A stretch of DNA of 64,000 nucleotides from Spongiibacteraceae bacterium (GCA_047602265.1 JASGHU010000001.1:254252-318251); one strand, 5' to 3'; counted from the stretch's first letter, positions 17,083 to 27,586 are shown. Notes: generated by a model not told the origin, from the letters alone. Program-made: numbers and translations.

Positions 17083-19920
17083 ATGAATTTTGTTGTAGGG
17101 CAACGCTGGCTCAGTCACGCCGATCCACAGCTCGGTTTGGGCATCATCACCGCAGTAGAAATCCGTCGCATCAGTGTGTTGTTTCCCGCCGTAGGCGAAG
17201 AGCGCACGTATTCGCTCGATAACGCGCCGCTGTCGCGCATCGCATTTCGTATCGGCGACAGCATTGGCGTGCGCGATGAATTGGAATTGACGGTCACTGC
17301 CGTCGATGAGGTACGCGGACTGTTGATGTACACCGGGATCGATGCCGATGGCAACGAACACCGCGTCGCCGAATTGCAATTGAATGCGCTGGTGCAATTA
17401 CATTCGCCGCAACAACGATTGAGCAGCGGACAGTGCGACAGCAATACCTTATTCGCACTGCGGGTAGAAACGCTCGAACATTTACAGCGTCTGCAGCAAT
17501 CGAACAGCACCGGATTGATCGGCGCGCGCACGAATTTATTGCCGCATCAGGTGTATATCGCGCAGCGCGTCGCGCAGCGTTTCGCACCGCGCGTACTGCT
17601 CGCCGATGAAGTCGGTCTCGGCAAAACTATCGAAGCCGGCATGATCGCGCATCAGCAATTACTGAGCGGACGTGCGCAGCGCGTGTTGTTGTTGCTGCCA
17701 ACGAATTTGCAGCATCAATGGCTGGTCGAAATGCTGCGGCGTTTCAATTTACGTTTCTCATTATTCGACGCCGAACGCTATGCGGCTTCGCTTGAAAGCG
17801 GCGATAGCAATCCCTTTGAAAGCGAACAACTCGTGCTGTGTGCAATCGACTGGCTCGCCCACGCACCCGAAGCATTGCAACATGCGCTCGCAGCGAATTG
17901 GGATTTGACCATCGTCGATGAAGCGCATCACCTGCATTGCGATTTCGCCGATGAGGGCACCCAGCAATCGAGCATCGAATATCGCTGCGTCGAACAACTC
18001 GCCGCGCGCAGCGCCGGTTTGATTCTGCTCACCGCCACGCCGGAACAAGCGGGCATCGAAAGTCATTTTGCGCGATTGCGTCTGCTCGACCCGGCGCGCT
18101 TTCACGATCTCGCCCAATTCAAAGCCGAGACCGCGCGCTATCCTGCGCTGAACGCTATCGTGCAACAACTGCTGACCAATCCCGATGCCGCAGCGCAGCT
18201 CGCACCGCAATTACGCGATTTTTTAAATACGGATAAAAACGGCAGCGAAATCGATTTCAGCCAGTGTTCGAGCAGCGAATTAATTCAGCAACTGCTCGAT
18301 CGCCACGGCACCGGCCGCGTATTATTTCGCAACACTCGCGCCGCCGTGCAGGGATTTCCCGAACGACGCCTGCATGTGCACGCGCTGCCCTCGCCGGAAA
18401 TCTATAACGAATTACACGATCAGCTTTATCCCGAAACACAGATCACTGAAACACGGGCTGCAGAAGCTCAGTGGCTCAAACACGATCCGCGCGTGCAGTG
18501 GCTCGAACAATTATTGAAAGCTTTGCGCCCGGAGAAAGTTCTCGTCATTTGCGCAAACGCGCACACGGCGATCGCCCTCGAACAGCATTTGCATTTGCGC
18601 GCTGGCATTCGCAGCGCGGCATTCCACGAAGGTTTAACGCTGATCGAGCGCGATCGCGCCGCCGCGTGGTTTGCCGAAACCGATCTCGGCGCACAGACGC
18701 TCGTGTGTTCGGAAATCGGCAGCGAAGGTCGCAATTTCCAATTTGCGCAGCATCTCGTTTTATTCGATTTGCCGAGCAACCCGGATTTACTCGAACAGCG
18801 CATCGGCCGTCTCGACCGCATTGGCCAGGGCGCGTACATCGATATTCACGTGCCGTATTTACAAGACACTGCGCAGCACGTGTTGTTTCGCTGGTATCAC
18901 GAAGGGCTCGATGCGTTTCAGCGCACCTGCGCCGTCGGTTTCGCGCTCTATGAAAAATACGAGCAGGCACTGCTCGCGCAATTACAAGCGATCGATGCCG
19001 AGCAACTCGAACAACTGCTGCAAGCGACTGCACGCGATGCCGAGGCATTGCACACTGCGCTGGAAGAAGGCCGCGATGCCTTGCTCGAATTGAATTCATG
19101 CAACAAAACCGAAGCGCAACGCATGATCGATGCCGTCATCGCCAACGAAAATAGCGAAACGCTGCACGGCTATCTCGAACGCATCTGGGATAATTTCGGT
19201 GTCGATCACGAAACGCATTCCGAACATGCTGTGGTGGTACGCCCCTCCGAACAAATGCTGGTCAGCCACTTTCCCGAATTGAGCGAAGAGGGTTTCACCG
19301 CCACGTGCGAGCGCGCGCTCGCACTGTCGCGCGACGACATGGAATTTTTGAGCTGGGAACATCCGCACACGCGCGGCGCGATGGAAATGATCGTCGGTGG
19401 CGAATACGGCAACGCCGCGATCGCCAGCATCACCGTGAAAGGCTTGCCGCCCGGCACGCTATTGCTCGAAGCCGTATACAGCCCGCACTGCCCCGCACCG
19501 CGAGCGCTGCAAGTCGAACGCTTTTTGCCGGCGACACCACTGCGCTTCATCGTCGATCGCAATGGCAAAAATCTCAGCGCGGTATTGCCGCACGCGAAAC
19601 TTAATGCGCTGTGCAGCAATGTGCCGCGCACCGCCGCGCCAGCCATCATCGCGCGCGTGCGCACCGACATTGCGGTCATGCAGGAACATGCAGCGAAACT
19701 CGCCAGCGTCGAATTGCCGCAATTGCTCAACTCGGCGTGCGCAGCGATGACGCAGGCGCTCACCGCCGAAAGCGAACGCTTGCAGGCATTGCAAGCCGTC
19801 AACCCGGCGATTCGCAACGACGAGATCGAATTTTTCCGCACGCAATTAAAAGACGGCTTGCAGGCGATGGCGCAAGCGACGCTGCAATTGCAGGCATTGC
19901 GCCTTATTGTGACAACATAA
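17083..19920 (+). CDS. rapA: RNA polymerase-associated SNF2 ATPase RapA (HepA)
   Basis: N-terminus MNFVVGQRWLSHADPQLGLGII, SNF2 motifs LLADEVGLGKTIEAG and DEAHHL, and helicase-C motifs VCSEIGSEGRNFQ and QRIGRLDRIGQ. I placed the start at the ATG at 17083. Confidence 0.9.
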   Translation: MNFVVGQRWLSHADPQLGLGIITAVEIRRISVLFPAVGEERTYSLDNAPLSRIAFRIGDSIGVRDELELTVTAVDEVRGLLMYTGIDADGNEHRVAELQLNALVQLHSPQQRLSSGQCDSNTLFALRVETLEHLQRLQQSNSTGLIGARTNLLPHQVYIAQRVAQRFAPRVLLADEVGLGKTIEAGMIAHQQLLSGRAQRVLLLLPTNLQHQWLVEMLRRFNLRFSLFDAERYAASLESGDSNPFESEQLVLCAIDWLAHAPEALQHALAANWDLTIVDEAHHLHCDFADEGTQQSSIEYRCVEQLAARSAGLILLTATPEQAGIESHFARLRLLDPARFHDLAQFKAETARYPALNAIVQQLLTNPDAAAQLAPQLRDFLNTDKNGSEIDFSQCSSSELIQQLLDRHGTGRVLFRNTRAAVQGFPERRLHVHALPSPEIYNELHDQLYPETQITETRAAEAQWLKHDPRVQWLEQLLKALRPEKVLVICANAHTAIALEQHLHLRAGIRSAAFHEGLTLIERDRAAAWFAETDLGAQTLVCSEIGSEGRNFQFAQHLVLFDLPSNPDLLEQRIGRLDRIGQGAYIDIHVPYLQDTAQHVLFRWYHEGLDAFQRTCAVGFALYEKYEQALLAQLQAIDAEQLEQLLQATARDAEALHTALEEGRDALLELNSCNKTEAQRMIDAVIANENSETLHGYLERIWDNFGVDHETHSEHAVVVRPSEQMLVSHFPELSEEGFTATCERALALSRDDMEFLSWEHPHTRGAMEMIVGGEYGNAAIASITVKGLPPGTLLLEAVYSPHCPAPRALQVERFLPATPLRFIVDRNGKNLSAVLPHAKLNALCSNVPRTAAPAIIARVRTDIAVMQEHAAKLASVELPQLLNSACAAMTQALTAESERLQALQAVNPAIRNDEIEFFRTQLKDGLQAMAQATLQLQALRLIVTT

Positions 19921-19992
19921 CCAAGCGTGACAACATAACTAGACGTGACTACATGACTCGATGTTACAACCTGAACAGGCGTAACAAGCTGG
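19903..19992 (+). repeat. 18-nt tandem array (5 units) made of the rapA terminal codons plus stop
   Basis: The units, all in phase, read LIVTT*, PSVTT*, LDVTT*, LDVTT* and a decayed TGVTSW. The stops are TAA, TAA, TGA and TGA. Confidence 0.85.
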
Positions 19993-20021
19993 CGGATTAA
20001 CGATGGAACACACGCTGGCGA

Positions 20022-21092
20022 TCAATCGTCAGCTTCGATCTTTTTCTGAAAATACAATTCCAATTGCAGCGTCAGTGCGAGGCGCGGCTTGAAATCGTTG
20101 GCATCGGTAAAATTCATTTCCGGAATCACGTCGATGAACACAATTTTTCGCGAAACGTTGCGGCGATAATTCGCCGCCAAAAAATAATTGGCGATATGCG
20201 GATCGGAAAAACCCAAACCGCCGAACCCTGCGGTATAGGTAATTGCACTACGCGATGAAAGCACCTGCGCAAGATTGGCGCTCTGCGCAAACTCCAGATA
20301 ATCGTTCTCTTCGCGCCAGGCGAAGTTGGTCGAATAAAATAAACGCCAATTCGCGGCAATCGGCTCGCCGATCGTTATCGCACTCTTTGCCGAATAGCCA
20401 TCGCTGTTAAACCATGCCAGACGATTGTACGAATTGAGTTCCCACTTTCCGGTCAGTGGAATATCGCGCCGCGCGATAAAACGCACATAGGGATCTAACG
20501 GCAGGCGCACGCGCACACCGCTTTGCAATTGTTTTTTCCACTCAGGAAACCAACCTTCGAAATTGGTGCCCACACCAAGCACTGTCGTTCTGCGCCGATC
20601 CTCACTCGTTTGCGCACCCGGAATGGCGTCTTCCGCCGCCGTGCGCTGCTCGGGCGCATCGCTCTCCACCAGCAGACGCAGGCGTTTACTCGCGGTAGGC
20701 AAATCCAGCTTCAAACGCGGGCGCAGTTTATTGTTGACGCCTTCGCCCTCGTCCCAGCGCACACTGTTGGTAACGCGCAAATAGGATTCGTTATCGACGC
20801 GCCAGGCATCGTCGGTTCCGAAAAACTGATCGATACCGCGCGCAGTATTATCGACCCAGCCAGCGACACGGCGCTCGTAGGGTAAATACCTCTCCAGCCA
20901 CGAATAGCGTTCGGCCGGCGCGTTCTGTGTTTGCCCAGTTATGTTCGTTTCCGCAGTAATGTTCGCTTCCGCTGCGGCACTTGCTTGCGCAGCAGCGTTT
21001 GTTTCGTCGGCATCCTGCGCCACCGCACTATTGCTGACAGCGAACAGTATTGCAGCGCACACTGCACAACGCATCGGTCCTTTCTTTTTCAT
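20022..21092 (-). CDS. secreted, probably outer-membrane protein (unknown family)
   Basis: The start at 21092 (MKKKGPMRCAVCAAILFAVSNSAVA/QD) gives a signal peptide. The remainder has alternating amphipathic strands rich in Y, W, R and N. It is divergent from the MlaE-like operon. Confidence 0.5.
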   Translation of the reverse strand: MKKKGPMRCAVCAAILFAVSNSAVAQDADETNAAAQASAAAEANITAETNITGQTQNAPAERYSWLERYLPYERRVAGWVDNTARGIDQFFGTDDAWRVDNESYLRVTNSVRWDEGEGVNNKLRPRLKLDLPTASKRLRLLVESDAPEQRTAAEDAIPGAQTSEDRRRTTVLGVGTNFEGWFPEWKKQLQSGVRVRLPLDPYVRFIARRDIPLTGKWELNSYNRLAWFNSDGYSAKSAITIGEPIAANWRLFYSTNFAWREENDYLEFAQSANLAQVLSSRSAITYTAGFGGLGFSDPHIANYFLAANYRRNVSRKIVFIDVIPEMNFTDANDFKPRLALTLQLELYFQKKIEADD

Positions 21093-21289
21093 TCCGTCAC
21101 ACGAGAACATCGGCCATTCCGCGAAGAGCATCCACTGAAGAGCGTTAAGCGAAGACGATCCAGTAAATAAGTGTGTCAGAGATTGAGCATAGCAAACGTC
21201 CTCAGCATCGATAGCGATGTGTGTGGGCGACACTCGCATCCCGCGCGCGGCGATGGCACACTATCGCCACACCTCAGCAGCGACTGCTT

Positions 21290-22423
21290 ATGGATAACGT
21301 TAACCCTTCCGCCCATCCGCATTTCGCCGTGCGCACTGCCGAAACCGATTGTGCGGAAATGCAATTATTCGGCGCATGGAAAAGCGATCAGCAATTACCA
21401 AGCTTCGATGCGATGCGCAGTGCACTCGAAGAACATTCCAATCGCAACTGGCGTATCGCAGCGGGCGCGGATTTCAGTTGGGACAGCGCCTGCATGACGC
21501 GGCTGTTTTTATGCGCGAGACATTGCGCCGAAAAAAATATCACGCTGGATATGGCAACGCTGCCGAGCGGCATCCGTAAATTACTCGACGTCGCCACCGC
21601 GGTTAAACCGCAAGCCACTACGGCGTCGACATCCAGCCCGCGCGACCATTGGCGGAAATCAATCAGCGCGCTGCGCGATCACTTCATCGATTTATTCGAT
21701 TTTGTCGGCGGTGTCGTACTCGCATTCATTAATTTATTGCGCGGCCGCACTTATATGCGCGTGCGCGATTTTTTTTATTTCTTCGAACAATGCGGTGCAC
21801 AGGCGCTCGGTATCGTCGCGCTGATCAGCGTACTGGTTGGGATGATTCTCGCGTATTTGGGCTCGGTGCAATTACGCCAATTCGGCGCCGAAGTTTATAT
21901 CGCCAATCTCGTCGCCATCGGCGCGGTGCGCGAAATGGGTCCGCTGATGACGGCAGTAATTATGGCAGGACGCACCGGCGCCGCCTTCGCCGCACAATTG
22001 GGATCGATGCAGGCGAATGAAGAAATCGACGCAGTGACAACGCTCGGCATCTCGCCACTCGAATATCTGGTGCTGCCGCGCATGCTCGCATTACTCGCTG
22101 CGATGCCATTGCTCTGCATATTCGCCGATGTGCTCTGCCTGCTCGGCGGTGCGTTAATCGCCACCAGCATGGATGTCAGCAGCGTAGCGTTTATTTATCA
22201 GGCGCGCGGCGCCGTCGATTTTCAGGATATTGCGAGCGGCGTCATCAAAGGTTTGGTGTTCGCCGTATTGATCGCCACTGCAGGCTGCCAGGCCGGTTTG
22301 CAAAGCGGGCGCAGCGCCGATGCAGTCGGCCGCGCCACCACACGCGCAGTGGTCAACGCCATTGTCTATCTCGTCATCGCCGATGCGGCATTGAATATCG
22401 CCTATGACCGACTCGATTTCTAA
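21290..22423 (+). CDS. MlaE-family ABC transporter permease with N-terminal STAS-like extension
   Basis: The C-terminal ~260 aa is MlaE-like (GAQALGIVALISVLVGMILAYLG...REMGPLMTAVIMAGRTGAAFAAQLGSM). The N-terminal ~110 aa is soluble. The ATG at 21290 is the preferred start. Confidence 0.8.
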   Translation: MDNVNPSAHPHFAVRTAETDCAEMQLFGAWKSDQQLPSFDAMRSALEEHSNRNWRIAAGADFSWDSACMTRLFLCARHCAEKNITLDMATLPSGIRKLLDVATAVKPQATTASTSSPRDHWRKSISALRDHFIDLFDFVGGVVLAFINLLRGRTYMRVRDFFYFFEQCGAQALGIVALISVLVGMILAYLGSVQLRQFGAEVYIANLVAIGAVREMGPLMTAVIMAGRTGAAFAAQLGSMQANEEIDAVTTLGISPLEYLVLPRMLALLAAMPLLCIFADVLCLLGGALIATSMDVSSVAFIYQARGAVDFQDIASGVIKGLVFAVLIATAGCQAGLQSGRSADAVGRATTRAVVNAIVYLVIADAALNIAYDRLDF

Positions 22424-23177
22424 TTCCGTGAATACGCACATCGAAGTGCGCGACCTCACCATGCAATATGGCGGTCGAGTGATTCAACGCGATTTGAATT
22501 TCTCGATCAATCGCGGCGATGTATTTGTGATTATGGGCGGCAGCGGCTGCGGCAAAAGCACCTTGCTGCGTCACATGATCGGTTTACTGCAACCGGCAGC
22601 GGGCGAAATACTGATCGATGGCGAAAATTTTTATACCGCCACGCCCGAACGCCAACTCGCGATGCGGCGCCAATGGGGCATCACCTATCAACGCGGCGGC
22701 TTATTCAGCGATCTCACCCTCGCCGAAAATGTTGCGGTACCGCTGCAGCAATACACGCAACTAACGGCGCCGGAAATTCGCGACACCATCGCTTACAAAC
22801 TGGCGCTGGTTGGACTCGCCGGTTTTGAAAATTACTATCCGTCTGAAATCAGCGGCGGCATGCAAAAACGCGCGGCACTCGCGCGCGCACTGGCGCTCGA
22901 CCCCGAGCTATTATTTTTCGACGAGCCTTCAGCGGGGCTCGACCCGCTCAGCTCACAGCGGCTCGACGAATTGATTGTGCAAATCCGCGAATCGATGGGA
23001 GGCACGGTGGTGATTGTCACACACGAATTGGCGAGTATTTTTTCGATCGCCAATAATTCCGTTTATCTCGACGCCGATACCAAAACCCAACTCGATTACG
23101 GCGATCCGCGCGAATTACTGAAACACAGTCAGCACGATGTCGTGCGCCGCTTTCTTTCCCGAGGAGAACTCGCATGA
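22404..23177 (+). CDS. ABC transporter ATP-binding protein (MlaF-like)
   Basis: Walker A GGSGCGKST, signature ISGGMQKR, Walker B LLFFDEPSAGLD. Confidence 0.9.
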   Translation: MTDSISNSVNTHIEVRDLTMQYGGRVIQRDLNFSINRGDVFVIMGGSGCGKSTLLRHMIGLLQPAAGEILIDGENFYTATPERQLAMRRQWGITYQRGGLFSDLTLAENVAVPLQQYTQLTAPEIRDTIAYKLALVGLAGFENYYPSEISGGMQKRAALARALALDPELLFFDEPSAGLDPLSSQRLDELIVQIRESMGGTVVIVTHELASIFSIANNSVYLDADTKTQLDYGDPRELLKHSQHDVVRRFLSRGELA

Positions 23178-24142
23178 GCCGCAGCGCCAATCCCGTCGCC
23201 ATCGGCGCCTTCGTGCTCGGCATGCTGGTGCTCGCCTTTCTGCTCATATTGTTTTTCACCGGCGGCAGCTGGTTCAGCAAGCGCGATCGCTACACGCTGG
23301 TCTACGACACCTCGATCAAAGGCCTCAATATCGGCGCACCGGTGACGCTTAAAGGCGTAAAAATCGGCGAGGTGACCGACATCAAGGCGCGCATGTACGG
23401 CGACTCGCTCGCTGTATTCAATAACGTCATTATTGAAATCGACCCGAAGATGCTTGAACGCGAAGACACACGCGAAAACAGCCGGGAATTAATGAACGAC
23501 ATGATCAAGCGCGGTCTCAGTGCACAATTGCGCTTGCAAAGCCTGCTTACAGGTCTGCTCTATGTCGATGTCGATTTTCGACCCGACAAATCCCGCTTAT
23601 CGAAAGATGTGCCAACACCGTATCAGCAAATTCCAACCACGCGCACTGATCTCGAACAACTCACACAGGATCTCGAATCGATCGACATCAATAAACTCGG
23701 TCAGAATTTGCAGCAGATCGTCGACGGCGTGAATAAATTCATCAACGACAAATCGCTGCAAACCGTGATGGGCAACGTCGAGAAAACGCTCGATGACATG
23801 CAAGCCGCCGCCGATTCGGTGCGCACTGCAGCGGACAATATCAACGCGTCGATCGTACCGCTGGCACAAAATGCCGACACCACGGTGACCGAACTCAATC
23901 GCGTGCTGCCCGAATTGGTGACCAAGCTCGACACCACCATGCTCGCGCTGCAGCAGACCGCAGCATCGCTGGAAAAAACCACCGCCAACACGACGTATTT
24001 AACCTCGGAAGATTCGCCGCTGCTGTTCCGTATCGAGCGCGCCGCTGCCAGCGTCAATGCAGCAGCGCAGCAGGTGCGGCATTTGTCGGATACGCTCGAA
24101 CGCCAACCCGAGTCATTGATATATGGCAAGCAGGAGAAATAA
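23174..24142 (+). CDS. MCE/MlaD-family substrate-binding protein
   Basis: N-terminal TM, an MCE domain (GLNIGAPVTLKGVKIGEVTDI) and a long C-terminal helical region. Its start overlaps the ATPase stop in an ATGA motif. Confidence 0.85.
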   Translation: MSRSANPVAIGAFVLGMLVLAFLLILFFTGGSWFSKRDRYTLVYDTSIKGLNIGAPVTLKGVKIGEVTDIKARMYGDSLAVFNNVIIEIDPKMLEREDTRENSRELMNDMIKRGLSAQLRLQSLLTGLLYVDVDFRPDKSRLSKDVPTPYQQIPTTRTDLEQLTQDLESIDINKLGQNLQQIVDGVNKFINDKSLQTVMGNVEKTLDDMQAAADSVRTAADNINASIVPLAQNADTTVTELNRVLPELVTKLDTTMLALQQTAASLEKTTANTTYLTSEDSPLLFRIERAAASVNAAAQQVRHLSDTLERQPESLIYGKQEK

Positions 24143-24146
24143 AACG

Positions 24147-24722
24147 ATGCCGCGCCGCGAATTTTTTTCGTCAATCAAATGTGCTGCCGCCTGTGTTATC
24201 GCAATTTCGCTGTCGGCGTGTATCGGCGGTCGCAGCGAGCCCGTGCAGTATCAATTGCTCACCGCGCGCGCCGAGCGCAGCACGACAACACCGTTAGCAG
24301 GAAAAGCTATCGGCATCGGTCCGGTGCAGATCGCACAGTTTTTACAACGCCCACAAATCGTGACTCATGGTGGCACTACACAATTGCGCCTCGACGAAAA
24401 TAAACGCTGGGGTGAACCGCTCGATCAGGGTATTCAACGCGTGCTAGTGCAAAACATGGCTGCGCTCACTGGCGCGCAGACACGCAATTTTCCGTGGCGA
24501 CAAAACGCTGCGCCGGATTATGCCCTGCGCATCGATATTGTTGACCTCGACACATTAGACAATGGTGAATCGATACTGGAAGTGAGCTGGATTCTCGAAG
24601 ACGTGAAAAGCTCTCGCGTGCTGAAAAGTCAGCAAGAGCGGATTAGCTCGTCCAGAGACTATGACGATATATTCGCGCAGCTCGCCCATCATGCGTCGGA
24701 CATTCTCATCGCAAACCAATAA
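24147..24722 (+). CDS. ABC-type transport auxiliary lipoprotein (DUF330/PqiC-like)
   Basis: The ATG at 24147 follows CAGGAG. There is a lipobox (ISLSAC). Size and position after an MCE gene fit this family. Confidence 0.7.
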   Translation: MPRREFFSSIKCAAACVIAISLSACIGGRSEPVQYQLLTARAERSTTTPLAGKAIGIGPVQIAQFLQRPQIVTHGGTTQLRLDENKRWGEPLDQGIQRVLVQNMAALTGAQTRNFPWRQNAAPDYALRIDIVDLDTLDNGESILEVSWILEDVKSSRVLKSQQERISSSRDYDDIFAQLAHHASDILIANQ

Positions 24723-24821
24723 TGGCGTACAAAACACGCGGCGAACGGCGTCAATCATACGATTCAACATTTTCAGAACTTTGCCCCAATCGCAAAGTGA
24801 AAATCAAAAATCAGGTGCCGT

Positions 24822-25748
24822 ATGGCGTATGACGCGCAAGAAAATCTTCCACTCTTTATCGTGATGAATGCCGGTTCGGGTCGCGGCGATACCCAACAAG
24901 CCATTCAGACTGTGCGAGCAAAACTCAGCGCTGCAGATCGCGAGTTCGAGCTCTATATCGCTGACAATCCCAAACAATTACCGGCGCTCGCCGAGCAAGC
25001 TGCAAATAATGCACGACGCAGAAATGGCGCCATTATCGGTGCGGGCGGTGATGGCACACTCAACCTCGTAGCCCAGCAAGCGTACGCAGTCGATCGCCCA
25101 TTCGGCGCACTTCCGCAAGGCACCTTCAATTATTTTGGCCGCAATCATCAAATTCCTGAAGGCACTGCTGCTGCAGTGGATGCGTTATTGCAGGCGAGAA
25201 CACACGACGTGCAAGTGGGCGAAGTCAACGGTCATTTATTTCTGGTGAATGCAAGCCTCGGCCTATACCCACGCCTGCTGCAGGATCGCGAAGCGTACAA
25301 ACAGCAATTTGGACGCAGCCGTATCGTTGCCTTCGCGGCCAGTGTAAAAACCTTACTGCAAGATCATCGCGCGCTGCTGTTGCAAATCGAATCGAACGAA
25401 AGCAAAAAAATGCTTTTCACCTCGACATTGTTTGTCGGCAATAATGCACTGCAATTGCAGCAGGTCGGTATCGATGAAGCCGAAGCGGTTCCGGACCAAT
25501 TGACAGCAGTGGCGGTACGCCCCGGCAGTAAAATGAAAATGCTGAGCCTGCTGCTGCGCGGCGCACTCGGTAATTTAGGTGCCTCCGATCAAATCGAGAG
25601 CTTTGCATTCACGCAACTTACCGTGCGACCGCGCCTGCCGTACGGGCGCAAGCGCATCAAAGTGGCTATCGATGGCGAAATTTTTTGGTTCGACAGCCCA
25701 TTGCGCTTCGCTCTTACACCGCGTCCGTTGCAGCTATTAAAGCGCTGA
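24822..25748 (+). CDS. diacylglycerol/lipid kinase family protein (YegS-like)
   Basis: DAGK catalytic motifs FIVMNAGSGRG and GAGGDGTLN. Confidence 0.75.
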   Translation: MAYDAQENLPLFIVMNAGSGRGDTQQAIQTVRAKLSAADREFELYIADNPKQLPALAEQAANNARRRNGAIIGAGGDGTLNLVAQQAYAVDRPFGALPQGTFNYFGRNHQIPEGTAAAVDALLQARTHDVQVGEVNGHLFLVNASLGLYPRLLQDREAYKQQFGRSRIVAFAASVKTLLQDHRALLLQIESNESKKMLFTSTLFVGNNALQLQQVGIDEAEAVPDQLTAVAVRPGSKMKMLSLLLRGALGNLGASDQIESFAFTQLTVRPRLPYGRKRIKVAIDGEIFWFDSPLRFALTPRPLQLLKR

Positions 25749-25761
25749 TAGAACTTCCGAG

Positions 25762-26559
25762 ATGAGCACCGTTCTGCATATTTCCGACACCCATTTTGGT
25801 ACCGAACAAGCCGCGGTAGTGACGGCCCTCTTGCAATTACACGCTAACGAAAAACCCGACTTGGTCATTGCCTCTGGCGATATCACGCAGCGCGCTCGGC
25901 GTTCGCAATTTCATGCTGCGACGCAATTTTTTTCTCGCCTGGGAACACCTGCGCTCGTCATACCCGGCAATCACGATATTCCGTTATTCAATGTTGTGTT
26001 GCGATTGCTTGCACCTTACGCCAACTACTCGCGCGCGTTTGGGCAGGAGTTGCAGCCCGAATTTATTGCGCACGATCTATGCGTAATCGGTGTGAATACC
26101 ACGCGGCCGCACCGTCATATCGACGGTGAAGTTTCCGCCGATCAAATTCGCTACGTGTGCGAACGCCTCGCCTGCGCGCACCCGGCGCAACTGAAAATTA
26201 TTGTCACCCATCAGCCCGTGCTCGTGGTCAATCCCAGCGATGAAATCAATTTGCTGCACGGCTACCGCGAGGCGATCGAGGCCTGGGTCGAGTGCGGCGT
26301 CGATTTAATTCTCGGCGGGCATATTCATCTACCTTACGTGCGCTCGTTGCGCAGCGAAGGTTTCGCGCAACCGGCGTGGGCAGTGCAGGCCGGCACCGCG
26401 ATCTCATGGCGCGTGCGCGACAACGTGCCGAATTCGGTGAATATCATTCGCTACGATCAGGCTCTACGCGCATGCTGCGTCGAACAGTGGGACTATGCTG
26501 CGGCGCACGGCGCTTTTCATCTTGCCTTGCGCACCGATCTCGATCTGGCGCGAGACTAA
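25762..26559 (+). CDS. metallophosphoesterase
   Basis: Motifs ISDTHFG, SGDITQRA, PGNHD and GGHIHLPY. Confidence 0.8.
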   Translation: MSTVLHISDTHFGTEQAAVVTALLQLHANEKPDLVIASGDITQRARRSQFHAATQFFSRLGTPALVIPGNHDIPLFNVVLRLLAPYANYSRAFGQELQPEFIAHDLCVIGVNTTRPHRHIDGEVSADQIRYVCERLACAHPAQLKIIVTHQPVLVVNPSDEINLLHGYREAIEAWVECGVDLILGGHIHLPYVRSLRSEGFAQPAWAVQAGTAISWRVRDNVPNSVNIIRYDQALRACCVEQWDYAAAHGAFHLALRTDLDLARD

Positions 26560-26574
26560 CGACCGCGAAAAACC

Positions 26575-27465
26575 ATGACGATTGAATCTATCGCCTATTT
26601 CATCGGCACCCACATCATCTGGCTGTTTTTATTTGGTATCGCCAGTATGCTCGCGCTCGCCGCCGCGTTATGGCGCTTGCTCGAACGTTACGGCGAAAGC
26701 TGGTGGCAGTGGATATTGAATGTCGGCACCGCACTGACTCGCGTACTCGATTTATTGCTGCCGCGCGGCCGCGAAATATCGCAGTGGCGCGTGTTGCGCT
26801 TCATCCAAAAAAATTATCTGGGCATTCATGCGCTCGCCGGCTTTGCGATTGCGTTTGTAGCCGTGTTGGGTTTTATCGAATTTGCCGACGAGCTGGACGA
26901 GCGCGATGCCATCGGCCAATTCGATACTGCGTTGGCGTCTGCACTGCGTGTCACGTTGCAGCCGGGCACCTATACATTTTTCGCTTATATCACTCATCTC
27001 GGCGACAAGATAACGCTCATTTTACTCGGCGCCATTGTCGCCGCATGGCTCGCGTGGCGACGACAATGGTTATCGCTCGGCGGCTGGCTGCTGGCGCTGA
27101 TCGGCAATGGCCTGCTGAATATTTCATTGAAGTTATGCTTTCAACGCGTACGCCCGCTCCACGATCACGGCTTTGCCATTGCCGATGGCTGGAGTTTTCC
27201 GAGCGGCCATTCCTCAGGAGCGCTGGTCGCCTACGGCATGCTCGCCTATCTCGCGCTGCGTCGTAGCGATCGCGTCTGGCATCTACCGCTGGTGCTCGGC
27301 GCGATCACCATCATTCATTTGGTCGGCGGCAGCCGCATTATTTTGCAAGTGCATTATTTCACGGATGTCATCGCCGGATTCTGCTCGGGCACTGCCTGGC
27401 TCGCTATCTGTATCGCGGGCACCGAAATCGCTTCGCGGCACCGTTACGCGCGGGCGCAAAAATAA
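26575..27465 (+). CDS. PAP2-family lipid phosphatase, membrane-bound
   Basis: KLCFQRVRP, PSGHS and SRIILQVHYFTDV give the three PAP2 motifs. There are multiple TM helices. Confidence 0.8.
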   Translation: MTIESIAYFIGTHIIWLFLFGIASMLALAAALWRLLERYGESWWQWILNVGTALTRVLDLLLPRGREISQWRVLRFIQKNYLGIHALAGFAIAFVAVLGFIEFADELDERDAIGQFDTALASALRVTLQPGTYTFFAYITHLGDKITLILLGAIVAAWLAWRRQWLSLGGWLLALIGNGLLNISLKLCFQRVRPLHDHGFAIADGWSFPSGHSSGALVAYGMLAYLALRRSDRVWHLPLVLGAITIIHLVGGSRIILQVHYFTDVIAGFCSGTAWLAICIAGTEIASRHRYARAQK

Positions 27466-27586
27466 CAACCGCCACGCGAACGCGAGAGGCAGTACCGCTC
27501 GCTCTGGATTACACTGTCAGTGATGCGCGATTCGATTTCATTCGCTATCGTTTTCCATTGCCGGTTTTTTACTATCGAGCCAGATC

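Noticed and set aside
17083-19920. The large SNF2 helicase might be a defence-island helicase.
   Set aside because: Its N-terminal sequence, motif spacing and length match RapA/HepA, the RNA-polymerase recycling factor. No methylase, nuclease or other defence partner is nearby.
19903-19992. The short tandem arrays at 16470, 19903, 37240, 40432 and 42205 might be CRISPR arrays.
   Set aside because: Units are 15-21 nt and directly adjacent, with no unique spacers. There are at most 5 copies, and no cas genes or leader. They are tandem repeats, not CRISPR.
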